Notes: generated from the sequence alone by a model not told the origin. A stretch of 32,000 nt of DNA from Longivirga aurantiaca (GCF_042660085.1 NZ_JBHSTI010000008.1:1749876-1781875); one strand, 5' to 3'; counted from the stretch's first letter, positions 1-16,038 are shown. Made by a program: numbers and translations.

Positions 1-275
<275 letters not shown>

Positions 276-289
<14 letters not shown>

Positions 290-1418
290 GAGCGGCCTCC
301 ATCAGGTCGCAGAAACGGTCGAACAGGTACGCCGAGTCGTGCGGACCGGCGGCGGCCTCCGGGTGGTACTGCACCGAGAAGGCGGGGAGGTCGAGCGCGC
401 GCAGGCCCTCGACGACGTCGTCGTTGAGGCACACGTGGCTGACCTCGACCCGGCCGTACGGCGTGTCGCTCACGCGGTCGGTCGGCGCGTCGACGGCGAA
501 GCCGTGGTTCTGCGCGGTGATCTCGACCTTGCCGGTGGTGCGGTCCATCACCGGCACGTTGATGCCGCGGTGGCCGTAGCGCAGCTTGTAGGTGCCGAAG
601 CCGAAGGCGCGGCCGAGCACCTGGTTGCCGAAGCAGATCCCGAACACCGGGCGGCGCGCGTCGAGCGCGGCCTTCACGAGGTCGACCGCGTGGTCGGCGG
701 TGGCCGGGTCGCCGGGGCCGTTGCTGAAGAAGACGCCGTCGACCCCGACCTCGAGCAGCCGCTCGGGCGTGATGGTGGAGGGCACGACGTGCACCTCGAT
801 GCCGCGCTCGGCCATGTGCCGCGGGGTCGCGCCCTTGATGCCGAGGTCGACCGCCGCGACGGTGAAGCGCTTCTCCCCCACCGCAGGGATGACCTCGTCG
901 ACGTCGGTGCTGACCTCGTCGGCCAGCGCCGCACCGACCATCTGCGGGCTCGCGTGCACCTGGGCGAGCAGCTCGTCGACGGGGCGCTCGGCGGCCGCGC
1001 CGCTGAAGACGCCGACGCGCATCGCGCCGCGCTCGCGCAGGTGGCGGGTGAGCGCGCGGGTGTCGACGTCGCTGATGCCGACGATCCCCTGCGCCTCGAG
1101 CTCCTCGTCGAGGGTGCGCTCGCTGCGCCAGTTCGACGCGATGCGGGAGGGGTCGCGCACGACGTACCCGGCCACCCAGATCCGCCGCGACTCGGCGTCG
1201 GCGTCGTTCACGCCGTAGTTGCCGATGTGCGGAGAGGTCTGCACGACCACCTGGCGGTGGTACGACGGGTCGGTGATCGTCTCCTGGTAGCCGGACATGC
1301 CCGTGGTGAACACGGCCTCGCCGAACGTCTCGCCGACGGCGCCGTACGAGCGGCCGCGGAAGACCCGGCCGTCCTCGAGCACCAGCAGCGCCGGTGCGGC
1401 ATCGAGCACCCCGGTCAT
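276..1418 (-). CDS. carA: Carbamoyl-phosphate synthase small subunit
   Basis: Protein from [27 protein letters not shown], with the class I glutamine amidotransferase motif [14 protein letters not shown] and [10 protein letters not shown]. The track ORF (276..2417) is longer, but its upstream part is antisense/off-frame to pyrC. ATG at 1418 gives a 4-nt overlap with pyrC. Confidence 0.96.
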
Positions 1419-2737
1419 GAACCCACCACCTCGGTCTTCGCGGACCGCACGGCCCCGTCGAGCAACGTCGGGCGGCCGCGCAGGAACGTGGCGACCACCG
1501 AGGCCGGCAGCGTGATGCCGGCGTAGGGCGTGTTGCGGCTGCGGCTCTGCAGCGCGGTCGCCTCGACCACGTGCTCGCGCGCCGGGTCGACCAGTACGAG
1601 GTTGGCCGGCTCCCCTGCGGCGAGCGGCCGCCCGTGGCCGGCGAGCCGGCCGATCCGCGCGGGCGCGATCGACATGCGGTCGGCGACCCCGGCCCAGTCG
1701 AGCAGCCCCGTCTCGACCATGGCGGAGGCGACGACGCCGAGCGCGGTCTCGAGGCCGAGCATGCCCATGGCAGCCTCGGCCCACTCGCAGTCCTTGTCCT
1801 CGACCGGGTGCGGGGCGTGGTCGGTGGCGACGATGTCGATCGTGCCGTCGGCCAGCGCCTCGCGCAGGGCGAGCACGTCGCGCTCGGAGCGCAGCGGCGG
1901 GTTGACCTTGTAGACCGGGTCGTACGACCGCACGAGCTCCTCGGTGAGCAGCAGGTGGTGCGGCGTGACCTCGGCCGTGACGTCGATGCCCCGGGACTTG
2001 GCCCAGCGCACGATCTCGACCGATCCCGCGGTGGAGACGTGGCACACGTGCAGGCGCGACCCGACGTGCTCGGCGAGCAGCACGTCGCGGGCGATGATCG
2101 CCTCCTCGGCGACCGCCGGCCATCCGCGCAGGCCGAGGATCCCGGAGAGCGGGCCCTCGTTCATCTGCGCGTCCTCGGTGAGCCGCGGCTCCTGCGCGTG
2201 CTGCGCGACGACGCCGTCGAACGCCTTCACGTACTCCAGCGCGCGGCGCATGATCACGGCGTCGTGCACGCACTTGCCGTCGTCGCTGAAGACGCGGACC
2301 TGCGCGGCGCTGTCGGCCATCGCGCCGAGCTCGGAGAGCGCGGTGCCCCCCAGGCCCACGGTGACCGCGCCGATCGGCTGGACGTCGACGTAGCCGGCGG
2401 CGCGGCCGAGGTGCCACACCTGCTCGACCGTGCCGGCGGTGTCGGCGACCGGATCGGTGTTGGCCATGGCGAACACCGCGGTGAACCCGCCGGCCGCGGC
2501 GGCTCGCGAGCCGCTCTCGACCGTCTCGGCGTCCTCGCGGCCCGGCTCGCGCAGGTGGGTGTGCAGGTCGACGAGCCCCGGCAGGGCGATGAGGCCCTCG
2601 GCCTCGACGACGATCGCGCCCTCGGCGTTCGCGGCACCGGCGGCGGTCACCTCGGCGATGACGCCGTCGCGGAGGACGAGGTCGGCGGGCTCCCCGCCCA
2701 GGATCCGCGCGTTGCGGACGACGTAGGTCTCGGGCAT
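1415..2737 (-). CDS. pyrC: Dihydroorotase
   Basis: [15 protein letters not shown]...[13 protein letters not shown] (metal-binding HxH), DHAPH motif, amidohydrolase architecture, located between pyrB and carA. Confidence 0.96.
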   Translation of the reverse strand: MPETYVVRNARILGGEPADLVLRDGVIAEVTAAGAANAEGAIVVEAEGLIALPGLVDLHTHLREPGREDAETVESGSRAAAAGGFTAVFAMANTDPVADTAGTVEQVWHLGRAAGYVDVQPIGAVTVGLGGTALSELGAMADSAAQVRVFSDDGKCVHDAVIMRRALEYVKAFDGVVAQHAQEPRLTEDAQMNEGPLSGILGLRGWPAVAEEAIIARDVLLAEHVGSRLHVCHVSTAGSVEIVRWAKSRGIDVTAEVTPHHLLLTEELVRSYDPVYKVNPPLRSERDVLALREALADGTIDIVATDHAPHPVEDKDCEWAEAAMGMLGLETALGVVASAMVETGLLDWAGVADRMSIAPARIGRLAGHGRPLAAGEPANLVLVDPAREHVVEATALQSRSRNTPYAGITLPASVVATFLRGRPTLLDGAVRSAKTEVVGS

Positions 2738-2738
2738 C

Positions 2739-4331
<1,593 letters not shown>

Positions 4332-4566
4332 AGGACTTGGTCTGCGGCGACCCTACCCGACCCCCGGCGGGTCGCGGCGGGGCGCACCGAGGAGTGAGAC
4401 AGCCCACGCCCGGCGGGCCCCGGCGGCGACAGCGCGTCACATTGCCGCAGAGGTGTAACAGAACCGCCCCGACACGCTCGGTGTGCGATCCGGGGGGCGT
4501 CCGCACCTCGACCACACCCTAAGAGCCTCGCCCGAACGGCCGATGGAACCACCAGGCACGGGACGC

Positions 4567-4581
4567 GTTACGCTGCGTAAC
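4567..4581 (+). promoter_or_regulatory. Candidate BldD-box operator upstream of bldD
   Basis: Palindrome GTTACGC-T-GCGTAAC. Positions 4568-4580 (TTACGCTGCGTAA) fit the consensus TNACNC(A/T)GNGTNA at every fixed position. Confidence 0.7.
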
Positions 4582-4649
4582 ATCACCCGCGGGGTGGGAA
4601 CACTCGACGCCCGGGACGCAACGGGGATCGACGGAGGGACACGTCACTC

Positions 4650-5138
4650 ATGGCTACCGACTACGCCAAGGCGCTCGGCGCACGCCTCAGGGCCATCCGC
4701 CAGCAGCAGGGCCTCTCGCTCCATGGCGTGGAGGAGAAGTCGCAGGGCCGCTGGAAGGCGGTCGTGGTGGGCTCGTACGAGCGCGGCGACCGTGCCGTCA
4801 CCGTCCAGAAGCTGGCCGAGCTCGCGGACTTCTACTCGGTGCCCGTCTCCGAGCTGCTGCCCGACTCGTCGCCGTCCGTCGCGGCCGAGGCGCCCAAGCG
4901 GCTCGTCATCGACCTCGAGCGCCTCGGCCAGGTGCCGGCGGAGAAGGCCGGCCCGCTGGCCCGCTACGCCGCCGCCATCCAGGCCCAGCGCGGCGACTAC
5001 AACGGCCGCGTGCTCTCCATCCGCCAGGACGACCTGCGCACCCTCGCGGTCATCTACGACGAGGCCCCGAGCCAGCTCGCCGAGCAGCTCATCGGCTGGG
5101 GCGTGCTCAACCCCGAGGCCCGCGGCGCGATCGACTAG
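4650..5138 (+). CDS. bldD: BldD-type transcriptional regulator (XRE-family HTH plus C-terminal c-di-GMP-binding domain)
   Basis: MATDYAKALGARLRAIRQQQGLSLHGVEEKSQGRWKAVVVGSYERGDRAVTVQKLAELADFY and C-terminal QRGDYNGRVLSIRQDDLRTLAVIYDEAPSQLAEQLIGWGVL, near-identical in form to the Streptomyces BldD sequence I know. Confidence 0.93.
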   Translation: MATDYAKALGARLRAIRQQQGLSLHGVEEKSQGRWKAVVVGSYERGDRAVTVQKLAELADFYSVPVSELLPDSSPSVAAEAPKRLVIDLERLGQVPAEKAGPLARYAAAIQAQRGDYNGRVLSIRQDDLRTLAVIYDEAPSQLAEQLIGWGVLNPEARGAID

Positions 5139-5140
5139 CG

Positions 5141-5195
5141 CACGTATGACGAAGGCCCCCGGCAGCGTGAGCGCCGGGGGCCTTCGTCGTACGTG
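5141..5195. terminator. Strong, probably bidirectional intrinsic hairpin between convergent bldD and pyk
   Basis: CACGTATGACGAAGGCCCCCGGC (5141-5163) / AGCGTGAGC loop / GCCGGGGGCCTTCGTCGTACGTG (5173-5195): 23-nt arms with one mismatch. Confidence 0.85.
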
Positions 5196-6623
5196 CTAGA
5201 TGCCGCTGGGGATCTGGGTTCCCATGCGGTGCACGCGCATGCCGTTGGTCGTGCCGGGGACGCCCGGCGGCACGCCCGCGATGATGACGAGCAGCTCGCC
5301 GACGGTGGCGCGGCCGTTCTCCTGGAGCGCGGCGTCGACAATGCTCACCATCTCGTCGGTGCTGACGACCTTGGGCACGAGGTAGGTCTCGACGCCCCAC
5401 GAGAGCGCGAGCTGGCTGCGCACGCGCGGGTTCGGCGTGAAGGCCATGAGCGGCATCGCCGGGCGGTAGCGAGAGACGAGGCGGGCCGAGCGGCCGGTCT
5501 CGGTGAAGGCGATGACGCCGGAGGCGTGCACGTCCTGCGCCACACGGACAGCGGCGCGCGTGATGGACCGCGAGGTGGAGTCGTTGGGGTCGGTGACGAC
5601 GGGCAGCTGGTCGAGCGCCTCGCCCTCGACCTCCTCGATGATGCGGCTCATCGTGCGCACGACGTGCGCAGGGTGCGAGCCGACCGAGGTCTCGCCCGAG
5701 AGCATGAGGGCGTCGGTGCCGTCGAGGACGGCGTTGGCGACGTCGCTGGCCTCGGCGCGCGTGGGGCGCGTCATCGAGACCATCGAGTCGAGCATCTGGG
5801 TCGCCACGATGACCGGCTTGGCGCGGCGGCGGGCGAGGGTGATCGCGCGCTTCTGCACCAGCGGCACCTGCTCGAGCGGCAGCTCCACGCCCAGGTCGCC
5901 GCGGGCGACCATGATCCCGTCGAACGCGTCGATGATCGACTCGAGGTTGGCAACGGCCTGCGGCTTCTCGATCTTGGCGATGACCGGCAGCCGCACGCCC
6001 TCGTCGTCCATGATCTTCTGCACGTCGAGGAGGTCGTCGGCGCTGCGGACGAACGACAGCGCGATGATGTCGACGCCGAGGCGCAGGGCCCAGCGGAGGT
6101 CGGCGACGTCCTTGTCGGACATTGCAGGGACGCTGACGGCGACGCCGGGGAGGTTGATCCCCTTGTTGTCGCTGACGCGGCCGCCCTCGACGACCTCGGT
6201 CACGACCGACCGCTCGTCGACCTCGATCGCGCGCAGCGCCACCTTGCCGTCGTCGATCAGGATCATGTCGCCGGGGTGGACGTCGCCGGGCAGGCCCTTG
6301 TAGGTCGTGCCGCACATGTCGACGTCGCCCGGCACGTCGTCGATGGTGATCGTGAAGCGGGCGCCGGGCTCGAGCACCACCGGTCCGTTGGCGAAGGTCG
6401 CCAGCCGGATCTTGGGGCCTTGGAGGTCGACGAGGATGCCGATCCCCCGCCCGGCGGTGTCTCCAGCAGCACGGACCCACCCGTAGACCCGCTCGTGGTC
6501 GGCGTAGGAGCCGTGCGAGAGGTTCATGCGGGCGACGTCCATGCCGGCGTCGACGAGGGACTGGATGCCCTCCTGGCTCGCTACAGCGGGCCCGAGGGTG
6601 CAGACGATCTTGGCGCGGCGCAC
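5196..6623 (-). CDS. pyk: Pyruvate kinase
   Basis: Probable GTG start at 6623 gives MRRAKIVCTLGPAVASQEGIQSLVDAGMDVARMNLSHGSY; MVARGDLGVELPLEQVP; VATQMLDSMVSMTRPTRAEASDVANAVLDGTDALMLSGETS. The track ORF extends to 6677, but the conserved start is internal. Confidence 0.95.
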   Translation of the reverse strand: MRRAKIVCTLGPAVASQEGIQSLVDAGMDVARMNLSHGSYADHERVYGWVRAAGDTAGRGIGILVDLQGPKIRLATFANGPVVLEPGARFTITIDDVPGDVDMCGTTYKGLPGDVHPGDMILIDDGKVALRAIEVDERSVVTEVVEGGRVSDNKGINLPGVAVSVPAMSDKDVADLRWALRLGVDIIALSFVRSADDLLDVQKIMDDEGVRLPVIAKIEKPQAVANLESIIDAFDGIMVARGDLGVELPLEQVPLVQKRAITLARRRAKPVIVATQMLDSMVSMTRPTRAEASDVANAVLDGTDALMLSGETSVGSHPAHVVRTMSRIIEEVEGEALDQLPVVTDPNDSTSRSITRAAVRVAQDVHASGVIAFTETGRSARLVSRYRPAMPLMAFTPNPRVRSQLALSWGVETYLVPKVVSTDEMVSIVDAALQENGRATVGELLVIIAGVPPGVPGTTNGMRVHRMGTQIPSGI

Positions 6624-6682
6624 GTAGGTAACCCTATCCCTGCCGGAGTGTGGTTGAAAGCGGTTGCAGTTCAGCACGGGCT

Positions 6683-6715
6683 CACGGCCCCCGCACCTCG
6701 GGTGCGGGAGCCGTG
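6683..6715 (-). terminator. Hairpin terminator candidate downstream of gltD
   Basis: CACGGC-C-CCCGCACC-TCG-GGTGCGGG-A-GCCGTG stem-loop in the 100-nt gltD-pyk gap. No U-tract, as is common in high-GC actinobacteria. Confidence 0.55.
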
Positions 6716-6722
6716 CCGCGGC

Positions 6723-8169
6723 TCAGACGACGAGCGGTCGGGCCGTCGGAGGGATCGGCGCCGGGAGCGTGGTGCTGCCCGACAGCCAGGTGTCGACCCC
6801 CGCCGCGGCCGAACGGCCCTCGGCGATGGCCCACACGATGAGCGACTGTCCGCGGCCGGCGTCCCCGGCGACGAAGACGCCCGGGACGGTGCTCATGTAG
6901 GAGCGGTCGCGCACGATGTTGCCGCGCTCGTCGAGCTCGACGCCGAGCTGCTCGAGCAGCGGGCCGCGCTCCGGGCCGGTGAAGCCCATCGCGAGGAACA
7001 CGTAGTCGGCCGGCAGCTCCCGCTCGCTGCCGGGCACCGGCTCGAAGCGGCCGTCCTTGAACTCGACCTCGACGATCTCGAGCGCCCGCACCCGGCCGTT
7101 GCCGTCATCGACGAAGCGCTGGGTGTTGACGGCGTAGACGCGCTCGCCGCCCTCCTCGTGGGCGCTCGTGACCTTGTACGACATCGGGTACGTCGGCCAG
7201 GGCTGGCCCTTCGGCCGCGACTCCGGAGGCATGGGCATGATCTCGAGCTGGGTGACCGAGGCCGCGCCCTGGCGGTGCGAGGTGCCGAGGCAGTCGGCCC
7301 CGGTGTCGCCGCCGCCGATGATGACGACGTGCTTGCCGGCGACGTCGATCGGCGCGACATCGAGGTCGCCCTCCTGCACGCGGTTCGCACCGGGCAGGAA
7401 CTCCATCGCCTGGTGCACGCCCGCGAGCTCGCGGCCCGGGACGGGCAGGTCGCGCCACTGGGTCGCGCCGACCGAGAGCACGACGGCGTCGTACCGCTTG
7501 CGTAGGTCGGTGCCCGTGACGTCGGTGCCGACGTCGACGCCCGCGCGGAACTTCACGCCCTCGGCCTGCATCTGCGCGAGGCGGCGGTCGAGGTGGCGCT
7601 TCTCCATCTTGAACTCGGGGATGCCGTAGCGCAGCAGGCCGCCGACGCGGTCGGCGCGCTCGAACACGGCGACCGTGTGGCCGGCGCGGGCGAGCTGCTG
7701 GGCCGCGGCGAGACCGGCCGGGCCGGAGCCGATGACCGCGATGGTCCTGCCCGACTGGCGAGGTGCGGGCTGCGGCGTGATCCAGCCCTCGTCCCAGGCG
7801 GCGTCGACGATCTCGACCTCGACCTGCTTGATGGAGACCGGGTCCTGGTTGATGCCGAGCACGCAAGCGGTCTCGCACGGCGCAGGGCACAGCCGGCCGG
7901 TGAACTCCGGGAAGTTGTTGGTCGCGTGCAGTCGCTCGGACGCGAGGCGCCAGTCGCCCCGCCAGACCAGGTCGTTCCACTCCGGGATGAGGTTCCCGAG
8001 CGGGCAGCCGTTGTGGCAGAACGGGATGCCGCAGTCCATGCAGCGCCCGGCCTGCTTCTCCAGCGTCTCGGTCGGGAAGGGCTCGTAGACCTCGCGCCAG
8101 TCACGGATGCGGATGTCGACCGGACGGCGCGTGGGGCCCTCGCGACCGGTGGTGAGAAAGCCCTTCGGG

Positions 8170-8177
<8 letters not shown>
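6723..8177 (-). CDS. gltD: Glutamate synthase small subunit (NADPH-GOGAT beta)
   Basis: [34 protein letters not shown]; Fe-S cysteines [26 protein letters not shown]; FAD motif [46 protein letters not shown]. Confidence 0.96.
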
Positions 8178-12705
<4,528 letters not shown>

Positions 12706-12905
12706 GGTCACTCCCGGTGGCTCGCCGATACCGGTCCGCGCGCTGGGAGCGGGATCCGGTGGGGTCGAGCAGGGGGACGACATTGGCCGCGCTGCTGTGC
12801 GCAGACTGTAACGCGCCGGGTGTACCGACGTGCAACAGGGGCGCGTGTGTCCCATCCCACGAGATCCCGCGTCTCACATGCTGGGAGCTACCGCGACCCA
12901 GCGGA

Positions 12906-13616
12906 TCAGGAGATGGACGTCCCCACGAGGGAGCCGACGCCGAAGGTGACCGCGGCGGCGGCGGCGCCCACGAACAGCTGGCGCAGGCCGGAGAACCACC
13001 AGGAGCGGGCGGTGACGCGCGAGACGACCGCGCCGGCCGCGAACAGGCCCATGAGCGACAGCACGAGCGACCAGGTGAGCGTGGTGGCGCCGAAGGCGTA
13101 GGGCAGCACCGGGATCATCGCGCCCGCCACGAACGACAGGAACGACGAGCCGGCGGCGAGCCACGGGTTGGGCAGCTCGCCCGGGGCCATGCCGAGCTCC
13201 TCGCGGGCGTGCACCTCGAGCGCCGCATCGGGGTTCTTCGCCAGCTGGCTCGCCATCTCCACCGCGAGCTCGCGGTCGATGCCGCGGGAGACCCAGATCT
13301 CGGCGAGCTCCTTGGCCTCGGCGTCGGGGTTGCGCGACAGCTCGCGGCGCTCGTTCTCGAACTCCTGCTCGGCGAGCTCGGACTGCGACGCCACCGAGGT
13401 GTACTCCCCCGCGGCCATCGAGAACGCGCCCGCCGCGAGGCCCGCGAGCCCGGCGAGCACGACCGCGCTGCGGTTGCCGTCGGCGAGGCCCGCCGTACCC
13501 CCGGCCACGCCTGCCATGAGCGCGAAGTTGGAGACGAGGCCGTCCATGGCTCCGAAGACGGCCGGTCGCAGCCAGCCGCCCGTGACGTCGCGGTGGTGCT
13601 CGAGGGGGATGCTCAC
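12906..13616 (-). CDS. VIT1/CCC1-family membrane protein (putative iron/manganese transporter)
   Basis: GTG start at 13616: SIPLEHHRDVTGGWLRPAVFGAMDGLVSNFALMAGVAGG...AGAFSMAAGEYTSVASQSELAEQEFENERREL, plus hydrophobic C-terminal segments. GTGA overlap with the lgt stop. Confidence 0.88.
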   Translation of the reverse strand: MSIPLEHHRDVTGGWLRPAVFGAMDGLVSNFALMAGVAGGTAGLADGNRSAVVLAGLAGLAAGAFSMAAGEYTSVASQSELAEQEFENERRELSRNPDAEAKELAEIWVSRGIDRELAVEMASQLAKNPDAALEVHAREELGMAPGELPNPWLAAGSSFLSFVAGAMIPVLPYAFGATTLTWSLVLSLMGLFAAGAVVSRVTARSWWFSGLRQLFVGAAAAAVTFGVGSLVGTSIS

Positions 13617-14638
13617 GGGGTCGAACCTACCGGCGGGTCGCCGGGCTCGCTCTCAGCGAGGGCACCCTCACCTGCGGCGGGGACGTCGTCGGCGCCGTCG
13701 GCGTCGGCGGATTCGTCGTCGGCGGCAGCGTCGTCGGCGGGCTCGGCGTCGCGTCCGCGCAACGACGCAGGGTCCTCGCGGCCCGGTCGGAGCCGCGCGC
13801 TCAGGACGATGTAGAGGATCCCGCCGACGATCACCACCAGGGAGGTGAAGACGTTGAGGCGGATCCCGAAGAACTGGTTGGCATCGTCGATCCGCATCGT
13901 CTCGATGATGCCGCGGCCGACGGAGTAGAGCGTGATGTAGAGCGCGAACACCCGGCCGTGGCCCATGCGCCAGCGGCGGTCGGCCCACACGAGCACGATC
14001 GCGACGAGCACGCACCAGATCGACTCGTACAGGAAGGTCGGGTGGAAGGTGGCGTACTGCTCGTAGCCCTCGGGGCGGTTGACCGGATCGATCTGCAGGC
14101 CCCACGGCAGGTCGGTGGGCGCGCCGAAGAGCTCCTGGTTGAACCAGTTGCCCCAGCGTCCGATCGCCTGCGCCAGGACGATGCCCGGGGCGATGGCGTC
14201 GGCGAACGGCGGCAGCGGGATGCCCCTGCGGCGTACGCCGATCCACGCGCCGACGCCGCCGAGGATGACCGCGCCCCAGATGCCGAGGCCGCCGTCCCAG
14301 ATGCGGAACGCCGCGAGCAGGCCCTTGCCGTTCTCGCCGAAGTAGATCTGGTTGTCCGTGATCACGTGGTACAGCCGGCCGCCGACGATCCCGAAGGGCA
14401 CGGCCCAGATCGCGACGTCGGCCACGGTGCCGGGCAAGCCTCCGCGCTCGACCCAGCGCTTCCCGCCGTACCAGATCGCCACGACGATCCCGAGCAGGAT
14501 GATGAGCGCGTAGGCGCGGATCGGCAGCGGGCCGAGGTACCAGACGCCCTGGCTCGGGCTCGGGATGGATGCCAGGACGCCCGACGTCCCCGGCGCCGCA
14601 AGGGCGCCGGGGACGTGGAGGCCGAAGAAGGTCGTCAC
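13613..14638 (-). CDS. lgt: Prolipoprotein diacylglyceryl transferase with acidic C-terminal tail
   Basis: Internal GTG at 14638 followed by TTFFGLHVPG...SIPSPSQGVWYLGPLPIRAYALIILLGIVVAIWYG; Lgt signature GRWGNWFNQELFGAPTDLPWGLQID; HPTFLYES. Confidence 0.94.
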   Translation of the reverse strand: MTTFFGLHVPGALAAPGTSGVLASIPSPSQGVWYLGPLPIRAYALIILLGIVVAIWYGGKRWVERGGLPGTVADVAIWAVPFGIVGGRLYHVITDNQIYFGENGKGLLAAFRIWDGGLGIWGAVILGGVGAWIGVRRRGIPLPPFADAIAPGIVLAQAIGRWGNWFNQELFGAPTDLPWGLQIDPVNRPEGYEQYATFHPTFLYESIWCVLVAIVLVWADRRWRMGHGRVFALYITLYSVGRGIIETMRIDDANQFFGIRLNVFTSLVVIVGGILYIVLSARLRPGREDPASLRGRDAEPADDAAADDESADADGADDVPAAGEGALAESEPGDPPVGSTP

Positions 14639-15429
14639 TTGTTGTCGGCGATGTACTTCTTGAGGGCGTCGATCGTGGCGTATGCGTCGTTCGGGACCTC
14701 CTGGCCGTCCAGGAACAGCGACGGCGTGCCGGGCACGTTCGAGTCGCGGAAGACCGTGTACGAGTTGACCGTCCACTGCTTGTACTTCTGGTCGGTGACG
14801 CAGGTCTCGTACGTGGTCGCCGCGTCGCCCGTGATTCCGGCGTCCTTGCCGAACTGGATCAGCTGCTCGTCGGTCCAGCCGTCGCCCTCGTTCTCGGGAG
14901 CAGGCTGGTTGGCGAAGATGATGTCCTTCACCTCGGCACCCTTTCCGGCGTCGACGGCGCAGCCGTAGGCGTTCGCGGCGCGGGTCGAGGAGTTGGGGTT
15001 CGGGCTCTTCGGGAAGTTCTTCTCGATGAAGGTCGTCGGGCGGTAGACGAGCTGGATCGTGCCGTCGTCCGCGAGCTTCTGGATGTCGGCACCGAGCCGG
15101 GCCTCGAACGCGGCGCACGCCGGGCAGCCGAAGTCCTCCCAGATCGAGAGCACCGGCACGTCGGCCTTGTCGTTGTACGGCACGCCCCAGGCGTAGTCAC
15201 CGCTCGTGAAGGTGCCCTGGGGCACGGCCGCGTCGGCCACGACGCCGGTGCTGTCGCCGCTGCTGCCCCTCGACCCGATCACACCGACGGCGATGATGCC
15301 GGCGACGAGCACGGCGATCACGGCACCGCCGATGATCTGGATCCGGCGGTCGCGCTTCTTCTGCTCGGCCTCGGCGGCGGCACGCGCAGCGGCGGCCTTC
15401 TCCTTGGTCGACTTCTTGCTCTCAACCAT
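14635..15429 (-). CDS. Membrane-anchored DsbA-like thioredoxin-fold protein
   Basis: N-terminal KKRDRRIQIIGGAVIAVLVAGIIAVGVIGS transmembrane segment, then VPVLSIWEDFGCPACAAFEARLG (CPAC active site) and FRDSNVPGTPSLFLDGQEV (cis-Pro region). Confidence 0.88.
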   Translation of the reverse strand: MVESKKSTKEKAAAARAAAEAEQKKRDRRIQIIGGAVIAVLVAGIIAVGVIGSRGSSGDSTGVVADAAVPQGTFTSGDYAWGVPYNDKADVPVLSIWEDFGCPACAAFEARLGADIQKLADDGTIQLVYRPTTFIEKNFPKSPNPNSSTRAANAYGCAVDAGKGAEVKDIIFANQPAPENEGDGWTDEQLIQFGKDAGITGDAATTYETCVTDQKYKQWTVNSYTVFRDSNVPGTPSLFLDGQEVPNDAYATIDALKKYIADNK

Positions 15430-15495
15430 CGTCGTGCTCCTCGGGCGGCGCGGACGCCGTGTCGTGGGGGCTGTGCAGGTCGTGGTGCGGGGCGA

Positions 15496-16038
15496 TCAGG
15501 CCGTGCTGTCGGTGCCGACGAGGTCGGCCTCGTCCTCGTCGTCGTACGCGGAGACGTCGACCGGGTCCCGGTCGAGCGAGAACTTCGTGCGGGGCCAGGC
15601 GACGAGCCACGTCGCCATGCCGACGAACAGGAAGTCGCGCAGCAGGTAGCTGGCGTACCGCAGCGTCTTGCCGTCGGCGCTGATGTCGCCGCCACCGCCG
15701 AAGCAGCCGCACTCGATGGAGTAGCCGCGCACCCAGACGCTCACCACGCCGATCATGAAGCCGACCATCAGCAGCGCGGTGCCGAGGGCGGCCCAGCGCG
15801 TGAACAGCCCGACGAGCAGCAGGACGGCGAGCAGGATCTCGAAGGCGGGCAGCGCCCACGAGAGCAGCGGCACGAGCGCGTCGGGCACGAGGCGGTAGGC
15901 GATGATCACCGACCGGGCGCCGTCAGACTCGAACAGCTTGGGCACGGCGGCGAACAGCAGGATGCCGGCGAGCGCGACGCGCAGGAGCGTGCCGATCCAG
16001 GCGCGGACCTCGGAGTTCACGGGCTGATCATCCCTCAT
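15496..16038 (-). CDS. MauE/DoxX-like integral membrane protein
   Basis: Four hydrophobic segments: VALAGILLFAAVPKLFESDGARSVIIAYRLVPDALVPLLSWALPAFEILLAVLLLVGLF... and an ECGCFGGGG cysteine motif. The start may be the GTG at 16020. Confidence 0.8.
   Translation of the reverse strand: MRDDQPVNSEVRAWIGTLLRVALAGILLFAAVPKLFESDGARSVIIAYRLVPDALVPLLSWALPAFEILLAVLLLVGLFTRWAALGTALLMVGFMIGVVSVWVRGYSIECGCFGGGGDISADGKTLRYASYLLRDFLFVGMATWLVAWPRTKFSLDRDPVDVSAYDDEDEADLVGTDSTA

Noticed and set aside
12706-12855. Extended GltB N-terminus in the ORF track ([26 protein letters not shown]...)
   Set aside because: The Ntn-hydrolase Cys of GltB follows a short propeptide. [25 protein letters not shown] starting at 12705 fits the family; the upstream residues are probably untranslated leader.
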